DNA of 64,000 nucleotides from Squalus acanthias (lineage: Eukaryota). A model generated the notes under the pieces. The model worked only from the letters and a program-made list of their open reading frames with translations, did no database searches and was not told where the DNA came from. The position numbers and the translations under genes were made by a program. The stretch lies in the NCBI GenBank assembly GCA_030390025.1, contig CM059439.1, forward strand, positions 83,266,001 to 83,330,000, written 5' to 3'. Shown here piece after piece: positions 63,951-64,000 of this stretch (within the stretch, counting starts at the first letter, position 1; each line of letters starts with the position of its first letter).

Positions 63951-64000
63951 CCTAATTTACTTTCTCAACAACCATCATCATCATCTTCATGCCTTACTCT

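Overview
Vertebrate nuclear DNA, most likely a cartilaginous fish (shark); this is inferred from the repeat content (HE1-like V-SINE, SacSINE1-like DeuSINEs, abundant CR1 LINEs). One host gene is supported: the first three coding exons of OLFML2B on the minus strand (32619-32422, 31696-31433, 7425-7318; all phase 0, GT-AG). No later exon was recognised in the window. Most of the rest is transposon-derived: CR1 copies of several ages, a second CR1-group LINE family, L2 and Tx1 fragments, Penelope-like pieces with minimal hammerhead ribozyme motifs, SINEs and MITEs. There is also a variant tRNA-Lys(UUU) and a 31/32-bp minisatellite ending in a 38-G run. The most notable structures are the hammerhead-bearing Penelope-type inserts (one with a 13-bp TSD and a perfect 58-bp inverted repeat), a nested retroelement stack with one insertion between the two Asp codons of a CR1 FADD motif, an old inverted duplication at about 51.5-57.5 kb, and the minisatellite's repeated forkhead-type motif. 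I found no convincing novel multi-gene system. Repeat boundaries and family names were read by eye and are approximate.
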